A stretch of 52,598 bases of DNA, filler included, from Streblomastix strix (GCA_008636045.1; 2 parts of 2 records of this genome joined end to end with filler, not necessarily neighbours in it); one strand, 5' to 3'; positions 25,191 to 38,763 are shown, numbered from the whole stretch's first letter. A program made the numbers and translations. The notes: generated by a model from the letters alone, not told the origin.

Positions 25191-26252
25191 TCATGTTTAA
25201 ATATCATTTAAATCTCCCCCATCAGCATCATTTTAAGATTAGTTAATTTGTTGAGATGGAGAAGATAATGAATTTGATAAAATATCTAAGTTTTATGCAA
25301 GTTGTATTATATCATTTAGAACATATTGAGCATGATTTAATTTTGATTAAAGAGATCCATTAAGAATATTTGAGAGTATAATTGTCATATTTTTATAATC
25401 TTATTATTATTATTCTTAAGTAATATCGTTTTTAGCAAGATCAATTGCAACACTAAAAGATTTTGAAGTAGTTATTAGAAATTCTCTTTATTTTGCTAAT
25501 GAAGTTGCCATTCTAATTATATAACTATTGTACAAAGTTTCTCCATTTTTTATAGCTTGTTTATATAAATTTGTTAATTGCTTACTATTAATTAAAAATC
25601 CCAATAATATTATATTAATAGATAATAAATTAGCTTTTTATATCATTTATTATTCAATTTATTTTATTTATTCATTTGATGTTTATAAATTTAAAATTTA
25701 ATCTTATTATTAATTTTAAATTTAATTTTGCTCTGTATATATAATAATCTGATTCTTATTAGATTTATCTTTTTCTAATATTTTATCAACCAATCTCTCC
25801 TTATCTTTATCTTTATCCTTCTGTTTATCTTTATCTTTCTTCTTTTCTTTGATTTTTTCTTTTTCTTTCTCTTTCTTTTTTCCTTTTTCTGTTTCTTTTC
25901 CAATATTCTTCTCATCATTAGCTAATTTAATTTATATGTCTTTCAATGATTCGTGTTTCGCGTGTAAATTTGATAATTCTTCTCCATATCTATAAATTCT
26001 CGTATTAACTCTTTCTAATGAATATTCTGACAATAATAACATTCTTTATATTAATGATACTTAGCTTATATTTTATGATGGGAATAAAAGACATTAAGAT
26101 TACAATTACGATGAAGATTGCGATTATGAAAAATTAATTAATTAACTAATATTCTATTCATTAGAGAATAAGTATTTTTTTATTTTTGAAGATTATTCGT
26201 GAATATTTAATAAATAATTTAATTCAGATTCTTTCTATATTGAAGATGCAAA
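25191..26252 (-). CDS. 3' portion of a hypothetical helical/coiled-coil protein, truncated by the contig end
   Basis: TGA-free frame FASSIQKESELNYLLNIHEQ...RMLLSEYSLERVNTRIYRYGEELSNLHAKHESLK...DADGGDLNDIQT-TGA(25193-25191). Confidence 0.75.
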
Positions 26253-26352
26253 NNNNNNNNNNNNNNNNNNNNNNNNNNNNNNNNNNNNNNNNNNNNTTAA
26301 TTAATTAANNNNNNNNNNNNNNNNNNNNNNNNNNNNNNNNNNNNNNNNNNNN
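26253..26352. other. Artificial 100-nt contig linker (44 N + TTAATTAATTAA + 44 N)
   Basis: Symmetric N runs around an all-frame-stop 12-mer; the flanking pieces are 26,252 and 26,246 nt, as expected for size-sorted concatenation. Confidence 0.95.
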
Positions 26353-26559
26353 AATTTGGCGTACTCGAAAGTGTTGTGAATGAAAACTTCGTTATTTCAC
26401 TTTCACTGAAACATCACTAATTTCAGGAAGTGATTCGGAAAATACTCGTTATTGCAGTTCTTCCAGATGTTCGAACGGAATATAATTATAAGGTGAGTCA
26501 GGCGCACCGCCGAACAGGCAGAGGTTCAGTGCCTCTGAGTCGGCTTCAGTAGTTTCCAT
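26353..26559 (-). CDS. 5' end of a hypothetical protein, truncated by the contig edge
   Basis: GC-richer open frame METTEADSEALNLCLFGGAPDSPYNYIPFEHLEELQQRVFSESLPEISDVSVKVKQRSFHSQHFRVRQI preceded by AT-rich upstream DNA. Confidence 0.7.
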
Positions 26560-26999
26560 ACTAATAAAATAAATATGAATAAATTTAAATTAATAAAATG
26601 TTATTAATATTTGTGGAATTATATTGATTTTTTAGTTTGCATAACAATTTGGCGAATTAGTGATAAAATAAATTTAAATATATGAAATTAGTTTATTAAT
26701 CAATTTTAAAATATACTCGTTTGAATTAAACTTATGGATTCGAAATATTTTTTAATGTATGGCTTGGAAATTAGCTCGGAAAATGTGAAAGCAGGTACCA
26801 ATCATTTAGTTATTGTTGAAAGAATCGGTTCATAAAAAGTGAAAATAGGTAATTATGCTAGTTTCAAAACCTTATTAATATGCTACAAGTTCTTCTGGAT
26901 AGCGAGATAATTTTTAAGCCCTTTGTCAAATTAAATTTTATTTAAAAGTTAAAACACATTCAAAATTCAAATTTTCATAAATATTTATTTTTTATTAAA

Positions 27000-28340
27000 A
27001 TATTCAATGATTTTCTAATAACTATTGATAGCTTTATTTAAAGCTAACATTTTTTCTTTTATTTATCTGTTATTTTAATGCTCAGGTTGTTTTTCTTTTG
27101 AATTTGCTTTATTATAAAAAATCCAAATTAGAATTGATTGTTTGAAATCCTTTTACGTTATTTATTACACTTTTTTTTTATCATAACCAAAAATTGATCT
27201 AATTACTTTTACTGAAATTGAATTTTGATTTTAAAGTACTTGAACCAATTTTCATTAAGTTCGATTCATTTTAGTTAAAATCAATATAATACGATTAACT
27301 AAGAATTCTTTATGAAAATTGATCTAGATGGAAAACAATTAAAAAAATATCTATTTACTGTCTATCTTTAATTTCTCCTTATTTAATTAATAAGCTTCAT
27401 TTTTCTTCTTTCTAAAAGTTCTTTGTTCATAATTTTTTAAATAGTTTTATTTCATCTTTCATCCCCAAAAAGCTATTTTCATGCGTAATGTCACCATTTC
27501 ATAACATTGCAAAGATGATAACTGACTATTTTTTCATTTTATTCCAGTTATTTTTAAATTTGTTTAATAATTATGCTGTTACAAATTATATATATCTAAA
27601 TTTCTGAGAAATATTTTAATAGTTCAAAAAAAACTGAATATATGCAAATATTTTTAACTAATAATTGAAAAATATGAATGGTTTGAAAAGAATGAACTAA
27701 TGGATTTACTCTGTTTAACGTACCTTCAATTTATTTCTAATTTACGAATATTAACAATTTTAACTTTTACTGATACATTTCGTATTTTTGAAGTTAATTT
27801 TAATAATATTTTTGATATATCAAATACTATATTTGCGTAATAATTGACTTACTGTTTCAGATTGTTCTAATTTTCTGGCGGAACTATTATTTCTTTAATT
27901 ATTAAATTAGCGGATTGGTACGAAAAAACAATTTGTTAAGATTCTAAATTTAGGTACGCTTAAAATTCGATTTGAATTGCTGTTATTCCAAAAATTTCAA
28001 TTTTTTTAATTACTTCCTAAATTTATTTTGCACCGTTAATAGAATTTAACTGTTTCTTCTTAATTTATCTCCAAGCCTCTTAAACTTTGTATTTAAATTC
28101 AAAATTTGTACCAATTTTTATTTATTTTTATTCAAATTTCCAAAAATGAAGTTCAATACTATATGTTAAACATTTTCTGTCATTTATCATAATTAATTCT
28201 TAGGGAACACCTTTTGGAAGGGTATTTTAAATATTTTTTGCTAAATTTTAATATCTTTTAAACTAAATCAAATTTTTTATTCGAAATATAATAATTTTGA
28301 AAAATGTAATAGGTATATTAGCCGCTATTATTATTCAATA
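27000..28340 (-). pseudogene. Probable decayed coding sequence of unknown family
   Basis: Coding-like stretches (QNTLPKGVPQELIMINDRKC; EAWRQIKKKQLNSINGAKQIQEVIKKIEIFGITAIQIEF) broken by TGA and frameshifts. Confidence 0.3.
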
Positions 28341-28525
28341 TAAAATTTTTGATTTAGTTTTTAGATTTTTCCCCCTCTATTTTGAATAATAATGATAATT
28401 ATAATAACTTTGAGAAAATTTCATTTAGAAAATGTAAATTGATCATGAATCATTTTAAATTTTAAATTAATTTAATTTTAAACTGTTTTGATAAATTTTA
28501 AAGAAAAATTTATAAAAAATAAATA

Positions 28526-28887
28526 GGGTTGTTGGTGAATCCAAAACCGTGTGGTGAAGTCAAAACCACACTTTTTATTGAAATTGAAAACTAATATTTT
28601 TATAAATTGTAAATAAATTTTAATATAATATTAAATTAATAGTAAATTAATTATATTTAGACGATGCAATTCGTATTTTCTGCGAAAATAAAAATTTCAA
28701 TTTTTTTAAATTTTTTTTAATAAAACACCATATTGCGATCCAATTAACGTATTTCTTAACCAAATTTATATATATTTCAAATATAGACTTTACAACATAT
28801 ATAAATATGTAAATGACTTTTAAATTTTACAGATATCAAAAAGTGCGGTTTTGACTTCACCACAGGTTTTGGATTCACCAACAACCC
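28526..28887. mobile_element. 362-bp MITE with ~50-bp TIRs flanked by TA
   Basis: Left gggttgttggtgaatccaaaaccgtgtggtgaagtcaaaaccacacttttt vs reverse complement of 28838-28887: 1 indel and 1 substitution. TA at 28524-25 and 28888-89. Confidence 0.9.
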
Positions 28888-31800
28888 TAATTAAATTTTA
28901 AATTTTAAAAATAAAACAAAATATATTGAAAATTTGAATTGTATTTTGAATTAAAAGAAGTGTATTGAAAAATTTATAAATGATCTTAATTATAAAAAAT
29001 CAATAAAAATTAAAAAAAATGCATTAATGGCATTAAAAGATAAATAAATAAAAAGTTAAAATTTACAATCTAAATTATTTTTTATCAATTACTATTTTAT
29101 AAAATCAAAATTTATGAAGGCTAAAATTGATTTTTTAAAAATAATTAAAATAATTTTTTTTATTATTTAATGTTTAAAAGTTATTTTTTTTTAAATTTAT
29201 TATTTTAAAAAAAATTTACTATATATTTTAAGAAAAAAAACATATTTAATATTTATATTTAAATTTTTTCTTAAATCAATGTGTTAAATTTAATAATTCA
29301 CTAATCTTCAATTTAGAATCAAAATTCATATATATTAATTTAATTTTTAATTCATTTTGAAAATAAATTTAAAATTAGGTTAAATTGAATTAATTTAAGA
29401 TTTTAAATTTAATCAAATTATCGAATTAATTTTGATTTGATAATAATTGAAATATTATTTATTCAGTAATATGCATCTTAAGTTAAGATGTTCATTCCCG
29501 TTTCCTAAAATGATTTATTTAATTTAAAATATTTTATTTATTTTTTTAAATAAAAATTAATTTTTAACATTCTCAATTATTTTTATATTTCAAATTATTT
29601 TGTAAATTCTCAATGTTATAGATTGTTTGCATGACATTATCAGCAGAAACCCAGATATTTAAAGAATGGGAAGTCCATTTGAAAAAAGAAAAATTTCAAT
29701 AGTAAAATAGTAACTGTTCCATTAGGACTTTTTCACGCTGATTCATAGGACGTAAAAGTAGAAAATGGTGAAAAAGATAACAATAACGAGGTCCTGAATG
29801 TCTGTTTATATGTCAATTAATAAAAATCTATCGTAACCAACATTTTTGAACAGATAATATACGGCTATAAACAAAGGTTACACTATTGCATCAGTTGCAA
29901 ATACAATTAAATTTTTTGATGAATTGAGAGGATCATTATTGTTGCAAAATAAGGATGATATAGACTAATTAAAAACATGTTCGACTTAAGGTCTGGAATA
30001 GTAAGAATTGAATTAAAAAAATCAAAAATCTCCAAAAATTTCAAATTATAACAGTATTTTAAGGTTTTAAATAGGTACATTCATAAAAAATGACTCGAAT
30101 TTCATAGTTACTGATTTAAGTTCCTTAACAAATTTCAGAATCTGAAATTATATTGCTGAATGTGAATCGATTTGGAAGTAATTACTCAATTTTGGAGTTA
30201 TTGATAGATTTATAATAGTTATAACAATCTTTTTCTTCAGATTATTATAGAGATATATGCAAAGATAAATTTCAACATTCATATAAATATTTAATCAGAA
30301 ATTAGTTTACAGAAATAATAACAACCGTAATAGCAACTGCAATCTAATAATGATGATTTACATAAATCAAGCCTATTTAATAATAGAAAATGAGAAAAAA
30401 ATTTAAGAGAACATATTTCATAATTTTGAACTTTTGAACTAATTATTCCGCGTTAGTAATCTATTTTAATGCTCAAACAGCTTTCTTTTGAATTTTTTTA
30501 AATTCAATTTTTTTAACTTATTTTTTGCTTTCCGCATCTTATATCCAATCCACATCTTCGTTGAATCATTGAGTTTTCATTTAACTTCTCAATATGTTAC
30601 CATATAATGCTTTTTTTATTAATGATGTCATGAAGGTTTGGGTAAAAATACAAATAAAATTCCAGTAGTATAAATCAATTCCTAATCATAATTATTGTAA
30701 AAGAGCATTGAAATAATTTAAATTACCGTTACTGTTCAGTTTTTAAATCAGTAATTGTTTAATTGAATATCAACATCAGTTATTGTGAAATACTGTTACA
30801 TCTAGGAGATCCTCCCTGAATCACCAAATCTGTGGCTGCTCCTATTCAGTTCGGATGCAGCATGTCAATATCAATATCTCAATAGATGTGAATTTGTTGG
30901 ATATAATTTATATAACAAAATGAATTGCTAAAGTGGGACAATTGGAAATATTTATTAAATAATAAATGAAATTAGAAAAATTTTAATTAAGGTGCAATTT
31001 TTATTGAATTTATATTGAGAATACAACTATAACTATTAAAATTTTTATTTTAAACTAAAATTTTAATAATAAAATGCGTTATAAAATTACAATCAGTAAA
31101 AAATTAGATTTTTTAAAATAAAATTATTAACGTTTAAAAGTAAAAAAATTTTATTTATGACGTTGAAAATGGAGTTAAATATAATATTTTTATCTAAATA
31201 TAGATATAATTAAGTGAATTCACTGAGTTAATTTCACATGAATAACATATGAGAAATGAAAATTGAAAAATATTAAAATTTATCTCATTCCAGGAGTTAA
31301 ATATTTTTGAAATCGAAAATTTTATTAATTATATAAAAATTCTTATAAGATATAATGAAATTTAAATCGTATTACATACGAGCTTCAAACATTTTTATGA
31401 AAATTTACTTTGTGATCAAATATAATCTTATAAAATAATCATGAAACAATTTTAAATTTATTTTCTAAAAATTATTAATAATTTCCTATTTAAATCTAAT
31501 CATGGCCAAAATATCCCATGCCAATTAGAGTGTGTAGGAAATTTAATTGATGAGTTGAAAAATATAAATAAAAGTGAAACATATTTTGGTGTAACTTTAA
31601 TACCGAAAGTAATATTTACCCCATCATCTAATTTGGCATATACCCAGGAAAGCAACAATTTCAATGTTTTCCGTAACCATCCTTAACAATAAGGATTGTA
31701 TAATATTAATTTCCATTATGGAACGGAGTGAGCACAAAAAGAACGGACTAAAGTCTTTTTATTCCGGTAGACCTCCAGAACTATCGATAAATATGAATTA

Positions 31801-34299
31801 ACAATAATTTAATGCTCACAGACATTTCTGTCCATAAAAAAGTTACGCATTAAGATTATTAGGTCAAAGATTTAGTGGAGAACATTATAAAGGATTTGGG
31901 GAGGGACTCTTAAATGTCAGTGCTTTTATTCAAAGACATGCGAGACATGAATATCTTACGGTTAGTGATTGGAAAACTTTTTGGAGAGAGGTAGATACAG
32001 ATTTATACTCAGAAACAATACAATTGGAGATGTTTAAAGATAATAACCACCATCGTTATCATGACCACGATCTTGATCACTAGAATAATCATAGATTTTA
32101 CAAAGATTGGAATGACAGGAATGAATAACTATACTTGAGAAGAGTCAAGATAAGAAGATAAGTGATTTCAAGTGAAAGTTCAGGAAATGGATAGAATAAT
32201 TAGAACTGGTTTGAAGGTCTACATCGTGAGGTTGAAAGATAACAATTAAGAGAATTAAAAATTCAACGCGAGAAATGAGAACAGGCTTTGGGGACTAATT
32301 CAAGATTCGGTCAGTTTGGCAACTCTCCGAACAGCTTAAGAGCAAGTCTTTCCTTGAATATTTCACGTAACTCTCAACATCGATGAAGAGAGTAGCGTTT
32401 CATGGATAAATCCTGAATTAATTAACTAAGAAATAGATATCCCAATCGCAAACTTCCGAACAGCTCAGCAATTATTCGCAGCGAAGGAGAATCAAGAATA
32501 ATTGAATCAACAAGTAAACATACAAATCAAATAATTGGTTAACTAACTTCAAGAAGTTAATAGAAAAATAATATTTCAACAGTTGGATATTGTATTAAAT
32601 AATATATAATTTAACGAAAAACTACAATAAATATAATTTATGATACTTGATCAGCGTATTTAATAGAATATAGAAAACATTCCAATGAATTGAAAATAGA
32701 AAATTAATAAAGAAGCTGAATAATCTGGCCAAACAGGTGCAACCCATATGCCTTAAATAGAAGCGCCTGATAATTTATAACATCAATAAACAGAATAGAA
32801 TGATAATTTGAATAACATGGCAGAATTAAATCCAATTTAACTTATATTAATTTTACCGGGGTTGCTAAATCGAATTCTCTAAGCATCATTATCTGAGACT
32901 GGTTCTCTCAAAGAATTATAACAATAGCTACCCATATCACTATCGCCATCATCATCATCAATAGCATAAACCAAATAAAATTAATAACCAAGTCAAAAAT
33001 AATCCATATTTGTTACAGATCCCAACCACCAATTCATCAACGGAGTATTACTATCTAAATATATCCCAATAGAGAAGACTGTTAATCGTTCATCACTACT
33101 CTCAGAAGATCCTAAGAGACAGGTTGAAATTAATATATATATACAGGAGATTATGCTCTGTATATCAATAAAATGTTTCAAAATGAAAAAATTCAAAATA
33201 TGATGAGAAGTATGATGAATAAACTCTAGAATTATTCCAATGAAGATGAAACTATGAAATTATGTATGGAAATATTTTATAGATTATCATCCGAAGAATA
33301 ATTGAGAATGAAAAGAGGTTCTTGACATTAGGTGAAACTAATATTCTTCTATGAATCCTAAATATTAAGGAAGATAGCCGAACAAAATAGAAACGCAATC
33401 CATATTGAAACGGGAAGGAATTTTGGCAGCGAAACAGGAGAACAAGAAGATGAATTATAGAAAGGCTTCATGGACGAGTCTCAATATCTAGAAATTAGGC
33501 CATTAAGCAAAAAAGAAGAAGAAATATAATCATATAAAACATTTGAGAAGTTAGAAAAAACAGAGAAACAATCAAGCATAAACAGAATTTTCTGCAATAA
33601 TTAGGTGTTGGACAGTCATCATGGACCATTAATTAGTTAGATGCATTATCCAGAACTACCAGGGAGGGCCTAGATCAGTCATACACAAAACTGAGATCGA
33701 GATAACCCAACAGTAGAATGCAAAAGATTGACCCTCTATCATAAACAAATTCATAGAGTTAGAATACAACTTACACGAACTAGAATTAAAGCTCAATTTT
33801 GATTGTTGATCCTATGAAAATAATTTTAAATCCATTCGCAGTTGCGAAAGGAATATAACATCAATAGGTTGCAGTAGAAGCGGCATAAATTCATCATGCA
33901 CTCAGAGAGACTTTTCCTATTGATGGAAAAATAAGAAATGTAGCATCTTCTACAGACAGCATTGTTCTGGGCTAAGTAGAGGTTGCTGGATCCAAACCGA
34001 TAAATATTTAGATAACACCTTCTACATAACTCCAGTGAAATCCCATTCGTGAACTCAAAATTGAGAAGAAAGCAAGCGAGATACCTGTCAGAAGTAAAGC
34101 CACAAGCGCAAATGCTTCTATTGTCGCAAACAAGAACTAAAGTGAGAACAAGTAGCGCTGATAGCTAGATGCGAGTGCCCCGACGGTTTCAACTGATGGG
34201 AATTCAGAACGAAACAAAAAAGGATATTCAAACACTGGAAATCATTGCTAGGATGCTAATGGAGGAAACATTACAATTTTAACCAAACAAGGGAATGGA

Positions 34300-36220
34300 G
34301 AGAAATACAATTCGTTATCAGGAGATGTTGAAACTAATATAATCAGTGAAATTTACACAAAAGTGGTTTTTCTTACTATTCAAAAACGAGAATGGCGAAA
34401 GGAGATTGTAAGAAAAACTAAGAATTTGTCCGTTCTCGGGCTCAAGAGAAGAAAATATAGCATATACGGAGAAATTTGGGGAAGAATTTGGAGAAAACAT
34501 AATGGAAGAGATTCATTCAGAGCTGGCTTAATGGTTTTATCAAACATTTATAATTCTAGAGCCTCAGGGGAAACAGAAGAAAATTCTGGATGCGAGTTCA
34601 TAGAATTTGGAGATATTAGCGATTCATTTTTACGATGAATGGAATTGTTTAGATGAGAGATCTGATAAAGAAAGGAGATTGGGCAACAAGCTTAGATCTA
34701 AAATCAGCCTTTCACCGCCTAATAATATATCCACCACACAGACCATACCAAGCATTCGAAGCAATAGAGAAAGTTTTTTAAATTAGAGCAATGCCGTTTG
34801 GAACACAGCACTCCCCAGTCTTCATCGCATAAGCATTAGCAATTGCCCTTACTAAGATACAGAGAGAATCAGACATAAGAATACTTAACTGTATAGACAA
34901 TCTGTTTCTCCTACATTAGGTCAAAGAAATATTGCGAAAATAAACATAGTCAATAACGAGAATTCTGAAAGCATTTGGGTGGGCAATAGTATAAAAGAAG
35001 TACGAAACAGAACCAAAACAACAGATTAAATTCCTAAGATCGACTTGGGACTTCAAAAGGATATACTTAAAGATGACTGACCAAAGAAAACAAGAACTAC
35101 GCCTATAATTAAGAAATTTAATTAGTCCTGTAGAGAGAAATCTCAATTAAGATCAAGTATCTAGCATTGAAAATTCGCAAGCTGAATTTTTTAATAGTCT
35201 AAGTAAGAGAAGCTTCGCAATATATAAAGTTAATGGACTCAGCAAAAACGAGAGCACTGAAGAATAAAAAATGGAAAGAGAATATGATCCTACCCAAGGA
35301 AATCCTTCAAGAACTTTATTGGTGGCAGGGAATGATAGTGAGGAATTAAGAAATGACATTAGAGGTGAGAATGCCAGAGGCAATGATGGTATAAGACGCA
35401 TCCCCTAAAGGTTGTGGAGTGACTTTGGAACTACAAACAGGGGATACTTTAGTCCAACATGGAGAATGGAACAGGGAACAGAAGAAGTGGACAAGCAATA
35501 AGAAGGAGATGAAAGCCATATTCTTAGGACTATTCCGTTACGGATAAGTCTTTAAAGAGCTGCAAATTAAAGCGATCATCATTAACTCAGACAACTCAAC
35601 AGCAGTATAAGATTTAGCAAAACAGATAGCTGGAGAAACACTGACAATAGAAGTGAAGAAAATAGTTAAGTTATGTCAACAATTGAAAATACAAACACTG
35701 ATTCAACAAAATCTGGGAATCTCAAATAAAGTAACAGACGCACTAAGCGGACTAAGCACCCAGGGCGATTATTCAGTAAAGAAAGAGATATTCATAGCTT
35801 TGTTCCAAACGTGGTAGATAATACCAACACTGGACTTGTTCGCAACAGAGGAAAACAAACTCGTGGATAGATTCGTGGCAATAGGAGAGGAAGAGGAAGG
35901 GGCAGAATGGTTAAGCGCGTTTTCGAGACTATGGAAGGAGGAGATCTTTTGGATCCACCTACCAATTCCGAAGATTGGAAAAGCACTGATCGCATGGGAA
36001 AAGTTCAAACCAAAATCAATCATGATAGCACCTTGATGGCCAAGGTAAATATGGTTCGCACTCTTGCTAACAGACAGTTGCAGATACTTTATTCATGGAG
36101 TGAGCTCTCTACTTCTGAACCCGGGGAAGGAGATGATGAAGAAGAAGGACATGCTACCACCAGGAAAAATCGCGGCATTCCTCATGGACCAAGAGTTGAT
36201 CAAGGAAGGAGAATACTAAC
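34300..36220 (+). pseudogene. DIRS pol remnant: reverse transcriptase, RNase H and adenine-methyltransferase-like domain
   Basis: KKILDAS, KGDWATSLDLKSAFHRL, RAMPFGTQHSPVF, ILNCIDNLFLLH (YxDD destroyed); DASPKGCG, TSNKKEMKA, SDNSTAV, NKVTDALS; PTLDLFATEENK, FWIHLPIPKI, IMIAP*WP. Confidence 0.9.
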
Positions 36221-36712
36221 AGAATTTTTAGATAACATAAACATGACAAGAGAAACCCAACAAACGATAATTGAATGATAGAAATTTAACATTCAGAAGA
36301 AATATATGTCGACAATGGGAGTATTTGATGATAGGATGAAAGAAAAGAATTATACAATCGAGAACTTTATGTAAAAAAGACAACATTCATAAATATTGAA
36401 TTCATGACCTGATTAACATGAACAAAGAAAGCAAAGCCATCATCTGCAAAGCATCATGCATCAATACTCAGCACAATGCTTTCTCTCATATTTTGAACAG
36501 TAAAAGTCTCCGCAACTGCGTAGAGACTCACTACACACGCAATTTCTAATAATTTCATTAATAATCGAAGATATGAGAGTATGTTGGAAATCAATCAAAT
36601 GTATGAGTATTAGAGAGGGACCAGAAATTAATCTCCTATCAAATGAAGAGCTACAAATAAAACTAGTCTCGTTACTAATGTCTTTATGTTTTGTGAGAAT
36701 GGAAATGATGGT
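36185..36712 (+). pseudogene. N-terminal half of DIRS tyrosine recombinase, truncated
   Basis: GRRILTEFLDNINMTRETQQTIIE...KPSSAKHHASILSTMLSLIF...LSNEELQIKLVSLLMSLCFVRMEM overlaps the pol end in another frame; in-frame TGAs; catalytic C-terminal half absent. Confidence 0.7.
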
Positions 36713-37239
36713 GAGAGGTCATAAAAGAGAATGCATCAATATGAGATGTTTAATATATATTATACATAATTTAGAACAAAATTTCTCTTAATCATACTTC
36801 AATAAGGTGAAATCAAGGGGAGGAAGTTTCTCTTTTAATTTTATACCTTTACATCACTCGATTACTTTTGTTTAACACCTCGCCTGAGGCCTTTTTAGTT
36901 AAAGAAAACCAGTATTGGCACTTCAAGCAGTAATTTTTTACGCTTTCTTTTGTATTTTTCTAATGGCCGACCGATGGAATGGGCAGCTCAACGAAGCACC
37001 CAGTCCCAGCTGTCCATTTGGCAATCTCAAAATAAAGAGGTGAAGCAAGATTCTCCTATGGAGATAACTATAAATAATCTAATTTTAAAGTGATTTTTGA
37101 TAAACTAGGGAAATACAAGAGCATCTAGGGTAATACTTATCTAATTCAACATTTCAATAATAAAATAAGATTTTCCTATTTATATTTGAATATACATGCG
37201 TAGGTTATAATTACGATTTATTTTATTCTAATTTCTATT

Positions 37240-38640
37240 AACAAATGCATTTACTAAAGCGATGCATGAGTACATGAGAGTTAATGAAGATAGAAACAAA
37301 TCAATAAATGAAATATTATAAGGAATTCATGTAGTGAAATGCAAAGTTCTTGAAGGATACTTTGTGAGGAGAATCTAGGCAATTCGTAAATAATAACTTT
37401 GATTAATCTTTTCAATAACTACATTCTATCAAATAACTATGTCAGTAATGCATAAATTTCCACATTATCTTGCAGTAGCATCATTAGCAGCATATATAGC
37501 AGTGTAGAAAGTTACATAATCAAGATTTGCAGATGATATAATGCAAACAGTTGAATATCATGAATTAATAACAGATCCTGCAATTAACTAACTAATATAT
37601 TTATATGCATTAATGATGGCAGTTGCTAGTCTTAGAAGGATATGAGATTATTTATACAGTAATAATAATAGACTGAATAAGAAATATGATTAAGAAGATG
37701 ATACAAACAAGAATATAAATTTAAAATAGAATATAGATATAAATTTTAATATTAATTATTGATACTTAAAATAGGACATCAAATAAGAAAAGAAAATAAA
37801 TGAATTGCCTAACGAATCAAAGAGTTTTGATAGTGATAATGATTAGTGTATATTATCAGGAATCAATTAATATTTTAAAAGAGGATCACTTTCAATTGTT
37901 GTAGGATCAGTTGGAAATGGTAAATCATGTCTTGGATTATCGTTAATTAGAGAAATGAAGAAAACAATAAGAATATTAAATTTTAATGGAATTATTGCTT
38001 ATTGTTATTAGAATGCGTGGATTAATAGTAATACAATTCGAGGTAATATCATATTTGGTAAATCATATAAAGAGATTAGATACAAATATATTATTAAAAT
38101 ATTTTGATTTGAAAAGGATATATCAATATCAGTGTTCCCTTTTGCATCAATTGACTTATTGCATTGAATTTTAACTTGATGCATTATTAATTGATAATTT
38201 AAATAAGATAATTTATAAATGATAAGATATTGCGAGGCCCGAAAGGCCGAGGGGAAATTTTTAATCATTATATATACCTTTTCCTTTAATATTCAAAACG
38301 GCTTGATGCACCTTCCAATTATTTCTTTTTTGACTTGTTGCAAAATGCAACAAGTCCAAAGGCTAGAGGGAACGCTGATCAATATTTGCAGCAGGAGATG
38401 ACACAGCTGTTGGAGAAAGAGGTGTTAATATGTCTGGTGGATAGAAATTAAGAATCCATTTAGCGAGAGTTGTTTATTCAGATAGATTTAGGTATTAGAT
38501 GATTGAAATGCACATCTCTTTGAAAGTTGATATTTATGCCATAATATACTTACAGATTCAAATAAAGCTATAACATTTTTGAGGCAATCTGATATTGAGA
38601 CTTGAAATATCTTGATTAAGTAAGATAAAATTCTTTTTTT
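37240..38640 (+). pseudogene. ABCC/MRP-type ABC transporter fragment (end of TMD1 plus NBD1)
   Basis: NEDRNKSINEILQGIHVVK; Walker A VVGSVGNGKS (~37898-37927); [52 protein letters not shown]. In-frame TGAs, MITE insertion, decayed Walker B. Confidence 0.9.
38130..38377. mobile_element. 248-bp non-autonomous hAT-type element with 8-bp TSD ATCAATAT
   Basis: TSD at 38122-38129 and 38378-38385; TIRs cagtgttcccttttgc / gctagagggaacgctg (13/16). Removing the element and one TSD restores EKDISIFAAGDD. Confidence 0.92.
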
Positions 38641-38763
38641 GGTGTTTTTCAAAATATGCAAATATATTTAATTATCAAGATAGTGTAACATAAATCAAGA
38701 TCAATCTTTTTATTATTGATAGTTTGATGTATAAAAAAATTGCATACTATTTAAATAAAAAAT

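Larger units (their letters stand above)
31700..36712 (+). mobile_element. Decayed DIRS-like (tyrosine recombinase) retrotransposon; left boundary approximate, 3' truncated
   Basis: Order gag-like region, RT, RNase H, Dam-like methyltransferase domain, overlapping YR; many TGA stops and frameshifts. Confidence 0.88.

Noticed and set aside
26253..26352. Palindromic TTAATTAATTAA in an N gap; apparent continuity of the minus-strand CDS pieces on both sides
   Set aside because: Artificial concatenation linker; the two halves are probably unlinked, so no cross-gap gene or synteny can be inferred.
29620..30900. Coding-like patches, including RHAASELNRSSHRFG on the minus strand (weakly recombinase-like) and a ~35-bp match between 27075 and 30465
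   Set aside because: Too short and disrupted to assign; the similarity could be compositional.
31517..31640. Short imperfect inverted repeat (atgccaattaga / tctaatttggcat) near the DIRS left end
   Set aside because: Only ~12 bp, with no matching terminal repeat at the other end of the element.
38228..38256. gaggcccgaaaggccga resembles hammerhead ribozyme stem II
   Set aside because: Core CUGAUGA and GAAA are absent (ttgcga...gagg); better explained as the internal hairpin of the hAT MITE.
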